NCBI GenBank assembly: GCA_036170335.1
Contig: JAVHOZ010000065.1
Span: 524 to 35,286, forward strand
Length of the DNA stretch: 34,763 nucleotides
DNA from: Candidatus Magasanikiibacteriota bacterium
Lineage (GTDB): Bacteria; Patescibacteriota; Patescibacteriia; Magasanikbacterales; GWA2-37-8
Direction: 5' to 3'
Positions 7,173 through 13,608 of the stretch are shown piece by piece (positions within the stretch are counted from its first letter, which is position 1; each line of letters opens with the position of its first letter). A program made the position numbers and the translations under genes. Below the pieces are notes generated by a model that was not told the DNA's origin, ran no database searches, and saw only the letters and a program-made list of their open reading frames with translations.

Positions 7173-8372
7173 ATGAAAATAGTGTTAGTAAATAAATTTT
7201 GGTATGCGCGCGGTGGAGCGGAGAAAATCGCGTTATTAACCAAAGAGTTGCTGGAAAAAGCCGGACATCAGGTGAAGATTTTTGGTATGAATCATCCGGA
7301 CAATTTGTTTTCCAATAAATATTTTACGGATTTTGTAGATTATAAAAATTTGGGATTGTTGGCGAAAATAAAATTTGGCGCGCGTGTGATTTATAATGCT
7401 CAAGCCAAAAAGAATTTTGAGAAGTTACTGTCGGATTTTGCTCCGGACGTTGTGCATTTTCATAATATTTATCATCAGCTATCTTGTTCGGTGATTGAAG
7501 CGGTGGCGGAGAAAAAAATAAAATCAGTGATGACTTTGCACGATTACAAATTTATTAGTCCCAATTATAATTTGTATCATCATGGGAAAATTTCTGAGTG
7601 TGGGGTAAATGGAAAATATTATCAGTGTCTTTTGTCCGATTGCATGGAAAATTTTTCCGATAGTCTATTGGCGACGTTGGAGGCGTATTTTGTAGCTTGG
7701 AAAGGTTACAAAAACATGATAAATAAATTTATTAGCCCTAGTAATTTTTTACGTGATAAATTTGTTAAAGCGGGATTTATTGCCAAAAATATTTTGTATT
7801 TGCCAAATGCGATTGAGAATAATAATTTTAAAATGAATTCCGGCGATCTTGATTATGTCGCTTATGTCGGCCGGTTGTCTAGTGAAAAAGGATTAAAATA
7901 TTTATTGGGAGCAGCGGGGAAATTATCTAGTATTAGATTTGTAATAGTGGGCGACGGACCACAACGAGCTGAGTTGGAAAAAATAAAAAATGCCAATCAA
8001 CTAGATAACGTTGAATTTGTCGGACAAAAAAGCGGCGTAGAATTGCAGAGTTTGATTGCTGGTGCTCGTTTGTTGGTGTTACCATCGGTCTGGTATGAAA
8101 ATGCTCCGTTGAGTATTTTGGAAGCGAAAGCGCATGGCAAGATTGTAGTGGCTAGTGATATTGGTGGAATATCGGAAATTTTGCCAAAAGAATTGTTGGT
8201 AAAACCGGCCGATGCGATTATTTTAGCGCAAAAAATCGATGAATGGTTTAATAAAAACGAAACCGAACGTCAATCGATGAGTGAAAGATTGTTTGGCCAA
8301 GCTAGCGCTGAAAATAGACCGGAAATATATTTGCAAAGATTGTTAAAAATTTATTCAGATTTATCCAGTTAA
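7173..8372 (+). CDS. Glycosyltransferase, GT4 family
   Basis: MKIVLVNKFWYARGGAEK N-terminus and C-terminal PSVWYENAPLSILEAKAHGKIVVASDIGGISEI (E-x7-E). The track start at 7161 is GTG inside the repeat; the ATG is at 7173. Confidence 0.85.
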   Translation: MKIVLVNKFWYARGGAEKIALLTKELLEKAGHQVKIFGMNHPDNLFSNKYFTDFVDYKNLGLLAKIKFGARVIYNAQAKKNFEKLLSDFAPDVVHFHNIYHQLSCSVIEAVAEKKIKSVMTLHDYKFISPNYNLYHHGKISECGVNGKYYQCLLSDCMENFSDSLLATLEAYFVAWKGYKNMINKFISPSNFLRDKFVKAGFIAKNILYLPNAIENNNFKMNSGDLDYVAYVGRLSSEKGLKYLLGAAGKLSSIRFVIVGDGPQRAELEKIKNANQLDNVEFVGQKSGVELQSLIAGARLLVLPSVWYENAPLSILEAKAHGKIVVASDIGGISEILPKELLVKPADAIILAQKIDEWFNKNETERQSMSERLFGQASAENRPEIYLQRLLKIYSDLSS

Positions 8373-10351
8373 TGAAAAATTTTTTTTACAGATCAATCAC
8401 CGCAATTTTTATTGGCCTATTTGTGTCGGTATTTTGTTATTTTAGTTATTTTGCCAAGTCGGCGCCGATTTTGGCCAATTATTATCTGCGTTGGGATTTG
8501 CCGTCAAGTGAAATTGAAAATTTGGCCAAATGGGATTTGTTAATTTTGGATATGGAAAATCAGGTAACCAATCCGGAAAAAATAAAAAAAATTCGTCAGT
8601 TGCATCCCGGGATAAAAATATTGGCCTATGTGACTTCGCAAGAAATAAAAAATGGACAGCTGGGCACGATGCGCGCCAAATTAAAAAGTGGTATTAGTGA
8701 CAGTTGGTATTTACGTCGCAGTAATGGTGAAAAAATTTCTTTTTGGCCTGGCACAACGATGCTCAATCCGACAGATGTGTGTCCGATAAGTAATGGCCAA
8801 CGCTGGAATGATTATCTGGCCAGTTTTATGAACAACGAAGTTCTTTCTACTGGTTTGTGGGATGGGATTTTTTATGATAATGCTTGGGGTGATCTGACTT
8901 GGTTTTCCGGCAACAATGTGGATCTGAATTTGGATGGTCAACCGGATAGCGATATCAACAAACATTGGAATGCCGGTATGACAAATTTATTCAACATGAC
9001 GCGTGATTTATCGGGTGCGAATTATGTGATTGTCGGCAATGCGATGACACGTGAGTATGCCAATAATCTCAACGGTATGATGTATGAAAATTTTCAAAAC
9101 CATGTGTGGCGCGATGTAATGTATGCGATAAAAACAGAGATGAATGGCAATTTGCGGCCGCGAATTATTATCATCAATGGCAATACCAATAATACCGGCA
9201 ACAAACAGAGTTACCAAAATATGCGCTATGGTTTGGGGAGCGCACTAGTTGGTGGGGCGTATTTTTCTTATGATGATGGTGATCAAAGTCATAGCCAAAC
9301 TTGGTGGTACGATGAGTATAATGTGAAGCTGGGAAATCCGGTGGGTGAAGCTAGTACTATGGATGGTAATACTTTGATTACTGAAGATGTCTGGCGTCGT
9401 GATTATGAAAACGGTTTGGCCTTGGTAAATTCTACTGGCAATGAGCAGACAGTAAATTTGGGCAATGATTATGAAAAAATTATCGGAAAGCAAGATCCGG
9501 CGATAAATGATGGATCGATAGTCGACAGAGTAAAAATAAATTCGCGCGATGGTTTGGTGTTGCGCAAAGTAGTACAAAATCTTTTTGGTGCGTCTTTTAA
9601 AAATGGTAGCTTGGTGAGATTTTATGATGTGCGTGGCCAGAGAGTGCGTAATGGTTTTTTTGCTTTTGTACCGGATGTGGCTGGTGGTGCGCGTGTGTTT
9701 GTGGGTGATTTGAATGGTGATGGTAGTAATGAGCGAGTAGTCGGTGGGGCTGGGCGTTTTGAAATTTTTAATTCGGCCAATTTGCATTGGTTTGATAGTT
9801 ATCCCTTTGGTGGAAATAATTCCAAAGAATTGCGTTTTAGTGTAGGCAAAAGTTTGGCTGGTGAAGTGAAAATTTTGCTAACACCGACGGTTGGCAATCG
9901 GGCGGTTTTGTATGATTATCATGGTGAAGTTATCAAAGAAGATTTTTTGCCATTTGGTTCAAAATATAATGCTGGTTTTTATGGGGCGCTGGGAAATTTT
10001 AGTGGTGGCTCGAATCTGGAAGTGGCGATTGGTTCGGGTGGGGTGAGAGTGGGGGAGGTGTTGGTATTTGATGCGGATTTACAAAAAATAAAATATCGGT
10101 TTTTTCCATTTGATAAAAAATATTTTGGTAGAATAAAAGTAGCAGCCGGAGATGTCGATGGCGATGGCAAGGCGGAGATAATCACGATGGGAAAATTTGG
10201 AGCAAAAAATGTGGTGCGAATTTTTGACAATAAAGGTAAAAAATTGTCGGAGTTTTTGGTTAATAGTCAGTTTGGTGGGGCAGATTTGGGTATTGGTGCT
10301 ACTGATGTGAATTTTGATGGGAAGGATGAAATAGTGATGGATGGGGGATAG
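8372..10351 (+). CDS. Membrane-anchored or secreted protein with C-terminal FG-GAP/VCBS-like repeats; the N-terminal half may be a glycoside-hydrolase-like TIM-barrel domain
   Basis: N-terminal hydrophobic segment (ITAIFIGLFVSVFCYFSYFA). Repeated Ca-binding-like motifs GDLNGDGSNERVVG, GDVDGDGKAEIIT and TDVNFDGKDEIVM. The N-terminal domain call is weak and rests on recollection of GHL-type families only. ATG overlaps the upstream stop (TAATG). Confidence 0.6.
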   Translation: MKNFFYRSITAIFIGLFVSVFCYFSYFAKSAPILANYYLRWDLPSSEIENLAKWDLLILDMENQVTNPEKIKKIRQLHPGIKILAYVTSQEIKNGQLGTMRAKLKSGISDSWYLRRSNGEKISFWPGTTMLNPTDVCPISNGQRWNDYLASFMNNEVLSTGLWDGIFYDNAWGDLTWFSGNNVDLNLDGQPDSDINKHWNAGMTNLFNMTRDLSGANYVIVGNAMTREYANNLNGMMYENFQNHVWRDVMYAIKTEMNGNLRPRIIIINGNTNNTGNKQSYQNMRYGLGSALVGGAYFSYDDGDQSHSQTWWYDEYNVKLGNPVGEASTMDGNTLITEDVWRRDYENGLALVNSTGNEQTVNLGNDYEKIIGKQDPAINDGSIVDRVKINSRDGLVLRKVVQNLFGASFKNGSLVRFYDVRGQRVRNGFFAFVPDVAGGARVFVGDLNGDGSNERVVGGAGRFEIFNSANLHWFDSYPFGGNNSKELRFSVGKSLAGEVKILLTPTVGNRAVLYDYHGEVIKEDFLPFGSKYNAGFYGALGNFSGGSNLEVAIGSGGVRVGEVLVFDADLQKIKYRFFPFDKKYFGRIKVAAGDVDGDGKAEIITMGKFGAKNVVRIFDNKGKKLSEFLVNSQFGGADLGIGATDVNFDGKDEIVMDGG

Positions 10352-10411
10352 ACCTATTACCTTGAATTTTTATAGTCATTTTTTTGGCTAAAATTAGCCC
10401 ATGCTAGACCA

Positions 10412-10440
10412 TTGACAAATGGTCGTTTTTGTGCTATGCT
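10412..10440 (+). promoter_or_regulatory. Putative promoter with extended -10, upstream of GC-rich gene 2
   Basis: TTGACA (10412-10417), 17-nt spacer ending in TGC, TATGCT (10435-10440). This implies a leader of about 300 nt before the ATG at 10750. Confidence 0.5.
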
Positions 10441-10503
10441 ATGTAGTTATTCTGTGCAAGAATAATGACTGAATTTAGCTTTTTTCAAATCAAACGAATA
10501 CTT

Positions 10504-10612
10504 ACCTGCGTGGAAGTAAACACATGTCATTCCTAATATTGTCATTCCAGTGAAGCTTGTCCTCACGAAAGTGGTGAACGGGAATCTAAGATGTTTTTAC
10601 TCCCATGCAGGT
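10504..10612. mobile_element. MITE-like 109-bp element: 22-bp terminal inverted repeats enclosing degenerate GTCATTCC...GGGAATC units
   Basis: acctgcgtggaagtaaacacat (10504-10525) versus the reverse complement of 10591-10612 (acctgcatgggagtaaaaacat): 19 of 22 matches. The interior carries gtcattcc twice and cgggaatc once. Confidence 0.6.
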
Positions 10613-10749
10613 TCTAGCATTGGGAGGTGGTTGCCTAGTTGGTAACAGTCCTTCCCAGTGTTGGGTAAAATTCGTCAGTGTTAGCGCAACTTTTTCGTCT
10701 TGTCAGAGGTAACCAACCCATCTGCACAGGACATGCTCTGGAGGATACC

Positions 10750-11325
10750 ATGACGGAGAATACCTACACCGGTCCGAACATCGATTCGGAGAAGAAGTTT
10801 TTTGGCGCCGGCGCTCCGATGAGTGGCGGACTGTTCGTCGCGATTGGCTTGGCGGTGGTGGCGGTGGTTTTGGCCATCGTCGGCATCAACATGGCCAACA
10901 ACGCCGACACCCACGCCACTTCGATCGAGAAGTCGGTCAGCAAGCTGGGCGATGCGCATGACGCGCTCGCCAAGTACGTCCATGAGGAGCACGACTGGGT
11001 CGTCGCTCGGCTCGCGACGAAAGCCACGGCGACGACGGTCGACGAAGCGATCGCGACTCTGACGGCGAAGGCCGACAAGAGCGTGGTCGACAAGTTGACC
11101 GAGGAGTTGAAGACGAAAGCGTCTAGCTCCACCGTCACGAGGCTGGCCAGCGATCTCCTGATGAAGGCTGACGCGCAAGCGGTCAAGCGGATCGCGCGGC
11201 GAGTTCAAAAGATGGACACGCGTGTCAACAATCTGGTTGACTTGAACAAGTTGATCGAGGTTGCTCCCGCTGCTCCGCCCGCAGCCAAGCCGCCGCTTCC
11301 GGCCGCGGCACCGGCTGCCAAGTAG
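10750..11325 (+). CDS. GC-rich membrane-anchored repeat protein (N-terminal TM segment, about 16-aa K-A-D-type repeats, Pro/Ala-rich C-terminal tail)
   Basis: GGAGG at 10740-10744, 5 nt before the ATG at 10750 (the track ORF starts upstream at 10678). TM segment GGLFVAIGLAVVAVVLAIVGI. Repeats LATKATATTVDEAIAT / LTAKADKSVVDKLTEE / LKTKASSSTVTRLASD / LLMKADAQAVKRIARR. Tail APAAPPAAKPPLPAAAPAAK. GC3-rich codons throughout. Confidence 0.75.
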   Translation: MTENTYTGPNIDSEKKFFGAGAPMSGGLFVAIGLAVVAVVLAIVGINMANNADTHATSIEKSVSKLGDAHDALAKYVHEEHDWVVARLATKATATTVDEAIATLTAKADKSVVDKLTEELKTKASSSTVTRLASDLLMKADAQAVKRIARRVQKMDTRVNNLVDLNKLIEVAPAAPPAAKPPLPAAAPAAK

Positions 11326-11460
11326 TCCGTCCCACGCAACGTGGGCATCGTAGTCAGTACACCATGTTTTTTGATGGTGATGACTCGATGAGGACGCAAA
11401 ATCCCCAAAAGGGTGCCTGTGACGCAAGTCACAGGCATACCGCTTAGTAAATAAAATTTG
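11326..11460 (+). other. Conserved structured 3' module (copy 1) between the stop codon and the terminator
   Basis: Hairpins cccacg-caa-cgtggg (11331-11345), caccat-gttttttg-atggtg (11360-11379) and cctgtgac-gcaa-gtcacagg (11416-11435). Invariant 25-mer aggacgcaaaatccccaaaagggtg (11391-11415). Conserved trailer acc-gcttagtaaataa. Homologous to 12420-12552. Confidence 0.7.
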
Positions 11461-11480
11461 TTTATTGAGCCGATTAAAAA

Positions 11481-11508
11481 ATCACCAAATCAATCTGGTG
11501 ATTTTTTA
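11481..11508 (+). terminator. Intrinsic terminator after GC-rich gene 2
   Basis: Stem atcacca (11481-11487) pairs with tggtgat (11496-11502), followed by a T-run and preceded by an A-run. Confidence 0.75.
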
Positions 11509-11520
11509 TTTTTTTTAAAT

Positions 11521-11545
11521 TGTCATTCCCGTGCAAACGGGAATC
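11521..11545. repeat. Single GTCATTCCCG...CGGGAATC unit
   Basis: tgtcattcccgtgcaaacgggaatc in the AT-rich spacer between the two GC-rich genes. Confidence 0.85.
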
Positions 11546-11663
11546 TTATTTTTGACAAAACACATCAATTGTGGTTTTATAGTATCCAGTGCGAATAGTG
11601 GCTAGTTTGGAATTTCCAATCGGCCAGGCTCAATTGGTCAAGTTTTTGGAGGAAAAGAGGAAC

Positions 11664-12419
11664 ATGGATACTCAACCTTTTGTTATTGGTGCTACGGCGC
11701 CTAAACCCCCGGTGTCTGATCCTGACGAAAGTCGTCATGGTCAAGTTCTCGATCTTCAAGAGATGCGTCGGCGTCTGGCGGAAAAGAAGAATCCGACTGT
11801 CAAGGATGCACTTGAAGCGTTGAGTGTTGAACGCGCTCAAACGGACCAGCTGACCATTCGGGTTGCCGATCTGGAGAACGACAAGCTCAAGGACAACAAG
11901 CACTTCGGTGCCAATGTGTCCGAGGTCGCCAAGCCGCTCATCGCTACGGCTGTTCAGACTTCATACCGGAAGATCTGGAGTGTCGCGGTTGTGGCTGGCT
12001 TGGTTCTGCTGGCTGTGGTCACGGTCGGCGTCTGGTCGCATCAGGCACTCAAGTCTCGGGTTTCACTGGTGGAGTACGGTTTGACCGCTAAGGCCGATCA
12101 GGCTCAGGTGGACAAGATCGTGTCTCAACTCACGACCAAGGCGGACAAGTCCGAGCTCAAGGCTATTGAAGCCAAGGCAGACCGCTCGGTTGTCGAACGT
12201 CTCAGCCAAGAGCTCAAGGAGAAGGACGGCGCGCACGACGCACGTCTCAACGATCTGGCCACGGATCTGATGTCCAAGGCCAATCAAGAGGAGGTTGAAA
12301 AGCTCTCCGCTCGTCTGCGCTCAACTCGCTCCAAAATTCGCTCGCTCGAACAGCGGATGAAGGAGTTCTCGACTTCGGTTCCAGCGCCGGCTCCAGCCGT
12401 TCCGCCCAAGACCATGTAG
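11664..12419 (+). CDS. GC-rich membrane-anchored repeat protein, paralog of 10750-11325 with a longer N-terminal cytoplasmic-type region
   Basis: ATG at 11664 is preceded by ggaggaaaagagg (the track start at 11589 is GTG). Central TM segment IWSVAVVAGLVLLAVVTVGVW. Repeats LTAKADQAQVDKIVSQ / LTTKADKSELKAIEA / KADRSVVERLSQE / LMSKANQEEVEKLSAR. Pro/Ala tail VPAPAPAVPPKTM. Confidence 0.75.
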   Translation: MDTQPFVIGATAPKPPVSDPDESRHGQVLDLQEMRRRLAEKKNPTVKDALEALSVERAQTDQLTIRVADLENDKLKDNKHFGANVSEVAKPLIATAVQTSYRKIWSVAVVAGLVLLAVVTVGVWSHQALKSRVSLVEYGLTAKADQAQVDKIVSQLTTKADKSELKAIEAKADRSVVERLSQELKEKDGAHDARLNDLATDLMSKANQEEVEKLSARLRSTRSKIRSLEQRMKEFSTSVPAPAPAVPPKTM

Positions 12420-12552
12420 TCCACCCATGCAATGTGGGCAATGAGATCTGTTTGCTTTGTTTTTGAAAGCGAACTACTCTAGAAGGACGCAAAATCCCCA
12501 AAAGGGTGTCCCGACTTAGTCGGGACTACCTGCTTAGTAAATAATTTTTTTG
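12420..12552 (+). other. Conserved structured 3' module (copy 2)
   Basis: Hairpins cccatg-caa-tgtggg (12424-12438), gtttgcttt-gtttttg-aaagcgaac (12450-12474) and tcccgac-tta-gtcggga (12509-12525). The identical 25-mer lies at 12484-12508. Trailer acc-tgcttagtaaataa. Confidence 0.7.
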
Positions 12553-12572
12553 TTTATTTAGTATATTAAAAA

Positions 12573-12598
12573 ATCCACCGTTGTTTGGTGGATTTTTT
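12573..12598. terminator. Bidirectional intrinsic terminator between convergent genes
   Basis: Stem atccacc (12573-12579) pairs with ggtggat (12587-12593). An A-run lies upstream and a T-run downstream. It sits between the plus-strand gene ending at 12419 and the minus-strand gene ending at 12611. Confidence 0.7.
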
Positions 12599-12610
12599 AA
12601 TTGATACAAA

Positions 12611-13537
12611 TTATTTACCGGTGATTAAACATACCACTGATCCATCAAATTTCCAATTTTGTTTTATGGCTTGTTGTAATCCAACAATTGCGAGCGCGCT
12701 ATTTGGTGATAATTTTATTTTTTCAGTTTCTTCTACTAGTTTGATTGTATTTTTTATTTGTTGGTCGTCGGCTATCCAACCAAAACCGTGACTGTTTGTT
12801 ATATCGGCGGTTACCATTTCTTTGCGGTGAGCAATGTTATCCACGATTGCGCCGGCCAGTGATGTCTTTGTCATTCCCGCAAAAGCGGGAATCTTGGTTG
12901 TGTCGACAGATTCCCGCTTTTGCGGGAATGACAATAAAAATTTTTCTGTAATCGGATGCACTGCGCTAGTTTGTACAATATGAATTTGAGGATTTAGTTT
13001 TAATTTTTTAAAAGCAGCGTGAAGTCCTTGGGCGGTAGTACCACTGGATGTTGGGATAAAAATTGCCGATAGATTTTTTATTTTATTCAATTCCAGAGCA
13101 AGTTGTTCGTATCCGGTTAGGGCAGTATCATCTATCGACTGGCGTAATATTTTGGCCTTGCCGGATTTGTCGATTTGAAAAGCTGATTGTTTTGGATTTT
13201 TTATTTTTATTAAAAATATATTTTTGGATAATATTTTTGTTAATATTTTTTCTTTGGCTTTGTCAATTTTTTCACCCACAAAAATTTGTAAAGTCAGTTT
13301 GTTTTTGTGTGTCCGATTAAATTTTTTAATATACAAACCAGCGGCCAAAGCGGCATTTCCGGAAGAAGATATTACAAAATTAGCAAGTCCTTGTTTGACA
13401 TAAAAATCTACCATCAGTGGTATAGAACGGCCTTTGTGTGACCCAAGCGGGTGTAAATCTTCTCTTTTGAAGTAAAGAGGCGCTTCCAAACCCAGTGTTT
13501 TAGCCAATTTTTGATGTTTTGTTTGAGGGGTTATCAT
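12611..13537 (-). CDS. PLP-dependent enzyme of the tryptophan-synthase-beta / threonine-synthase-like fold, carrying an in-frame repeat-derived insertion
   Basis: Lys-containing motif EDLHPLGSHKGRS (compare the S-F-K-D-R PLP-lysine motif), a Gly-rich loop FIPTSSGTTAQG and a C-terminal CLITG. The track start at 13549 is TTG; the ATG is at 13537. Residues LSFPQKRESVDTTKIPAFAGMTK are encoded by the repeat pair at 12869-12933. Confidence 0.7.
   Translation of the reverse strand: MITPQTKHQKLAKTLGLEAPLYFKREDLHPLGSHKGRSIPLMVDFYVKQGLANFVISSSGNAALAAGLYIKKFNRTHKNKLTLQIFVGEKIDKAKEKILTKILSKNIFLIKIKNPKQSAFQIDKSGKAKILRQSIDDTALTGYEQLALELNKIKNLSAIFIPTSSGTTAQGLHAAFKKLKLNPQIHIVQTSAVHPITEKFLLSFPQKRESVDTTKIPAFAGMTKTSLAGAIVDNIAHRKEMVTADITNSHGFGWIADDQQIKNTIKLVEETEKIKLSPNSALAIVGLQQAIKQNWKFDGSVVCLITGK
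12869..12933. repeat. Inverted pair of GTCATTCCCG...CGGGAATC units located inside a coding sequence
   Basis: tgtcattcccgcaaaagcgggaatc (12869-12893), 15-nt spacer, gattcccgcttttgcgggaatgaca (12909-12933). The host ORF stays open through it. Confidence 0.85.
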
Positions 13538-13608
13538 AGGTCTTGCCAAAAGTGATTATTTTTGATATACTTGTTTTTGCTTTCGTAATTTAGTTTAATT
13601 ATGCTCTT

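Noticed and set aside
4040-9787. Numerous internal or antisense ORFs within the glycan-cluster genes (for example 4040-4342, 6152-6577, 6297-6650, 8711-8965, 9245-9787)
   Set aside because: They are nested within longer ORFs that have clear family motifs, and their products are low-complexity or Ile/Phe/Lys-rich, as expected from AT-rich antisense translation.
11391-11415. The GGACGCAAA block resembles part of the c-di-GMP-I (GEMM-I) riboswitch core
   Set aside because: Only a short stretch is similar from memory. The element lies 3' of the ORF rather than in a 5' leader. I could not identify the paired tetraloop/receptor hairpin architecture. An Rfam scan is needed before any such claim.
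10681-11438. Long minus-strand and off-frame ORFs (10681-11427, 10764-11186, 10823-11062, 11205-11438) and likewise 11577-11903, 11863-12084, 12063-12287 and 12247-12501
   Set aside because: These are typical stop-poor shadow ORFs in GC-rich DNA. Their products are Arg/His/Gly-rich low-complexity strings. The plus-strand frames have Shine-Dalgarno sites, TM segments and periodic repeats.
1-12552. Diversity-generating retroelement acting on the Asn(AAC)-rich collagen gene or the K-A-D repeat genes
   Set aside because: No reverse transcriptase gene is present. No template/variable repeat pair differing only at adenines was seen, and no C-type-lectin-like C-terminal variable region. The hairpin right after the stop codon is suggestive but insufficient. 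An RT outside the window cannot be excluded.
895-12552. Integron cassette array with the 3' modules as attC sites
   Set aside because: No intI integrase or attI is present. The candidate core sites (for example GTTAGAG at 924-930 and GTTAGCG at about 10679-10685) do not fit GTTRRRY/RYYYAAC. The cassette-like organisation is kept as a hypothesis only.
1-12552. GC-rich islands as a chimeric assembly artefact
   Set aside because: Three separate islands are each flanked on the downstream side by backbone-type AT-rich terminators and repeats. The two at 10.6-12.5 kb are separated by a backbone-like spacer, which is hard to produce by misassembly. Read-level verification is still recommended.
6070-12933. 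Possibility that the GTCATTCCCG...CGGGAATC repeats form a CRISPR array
   Set aside because: The copies are dispersed over kilobases, occur singly or as inverted pairs, and have no regular repeat-spacer periodicity. No cas genes are present.
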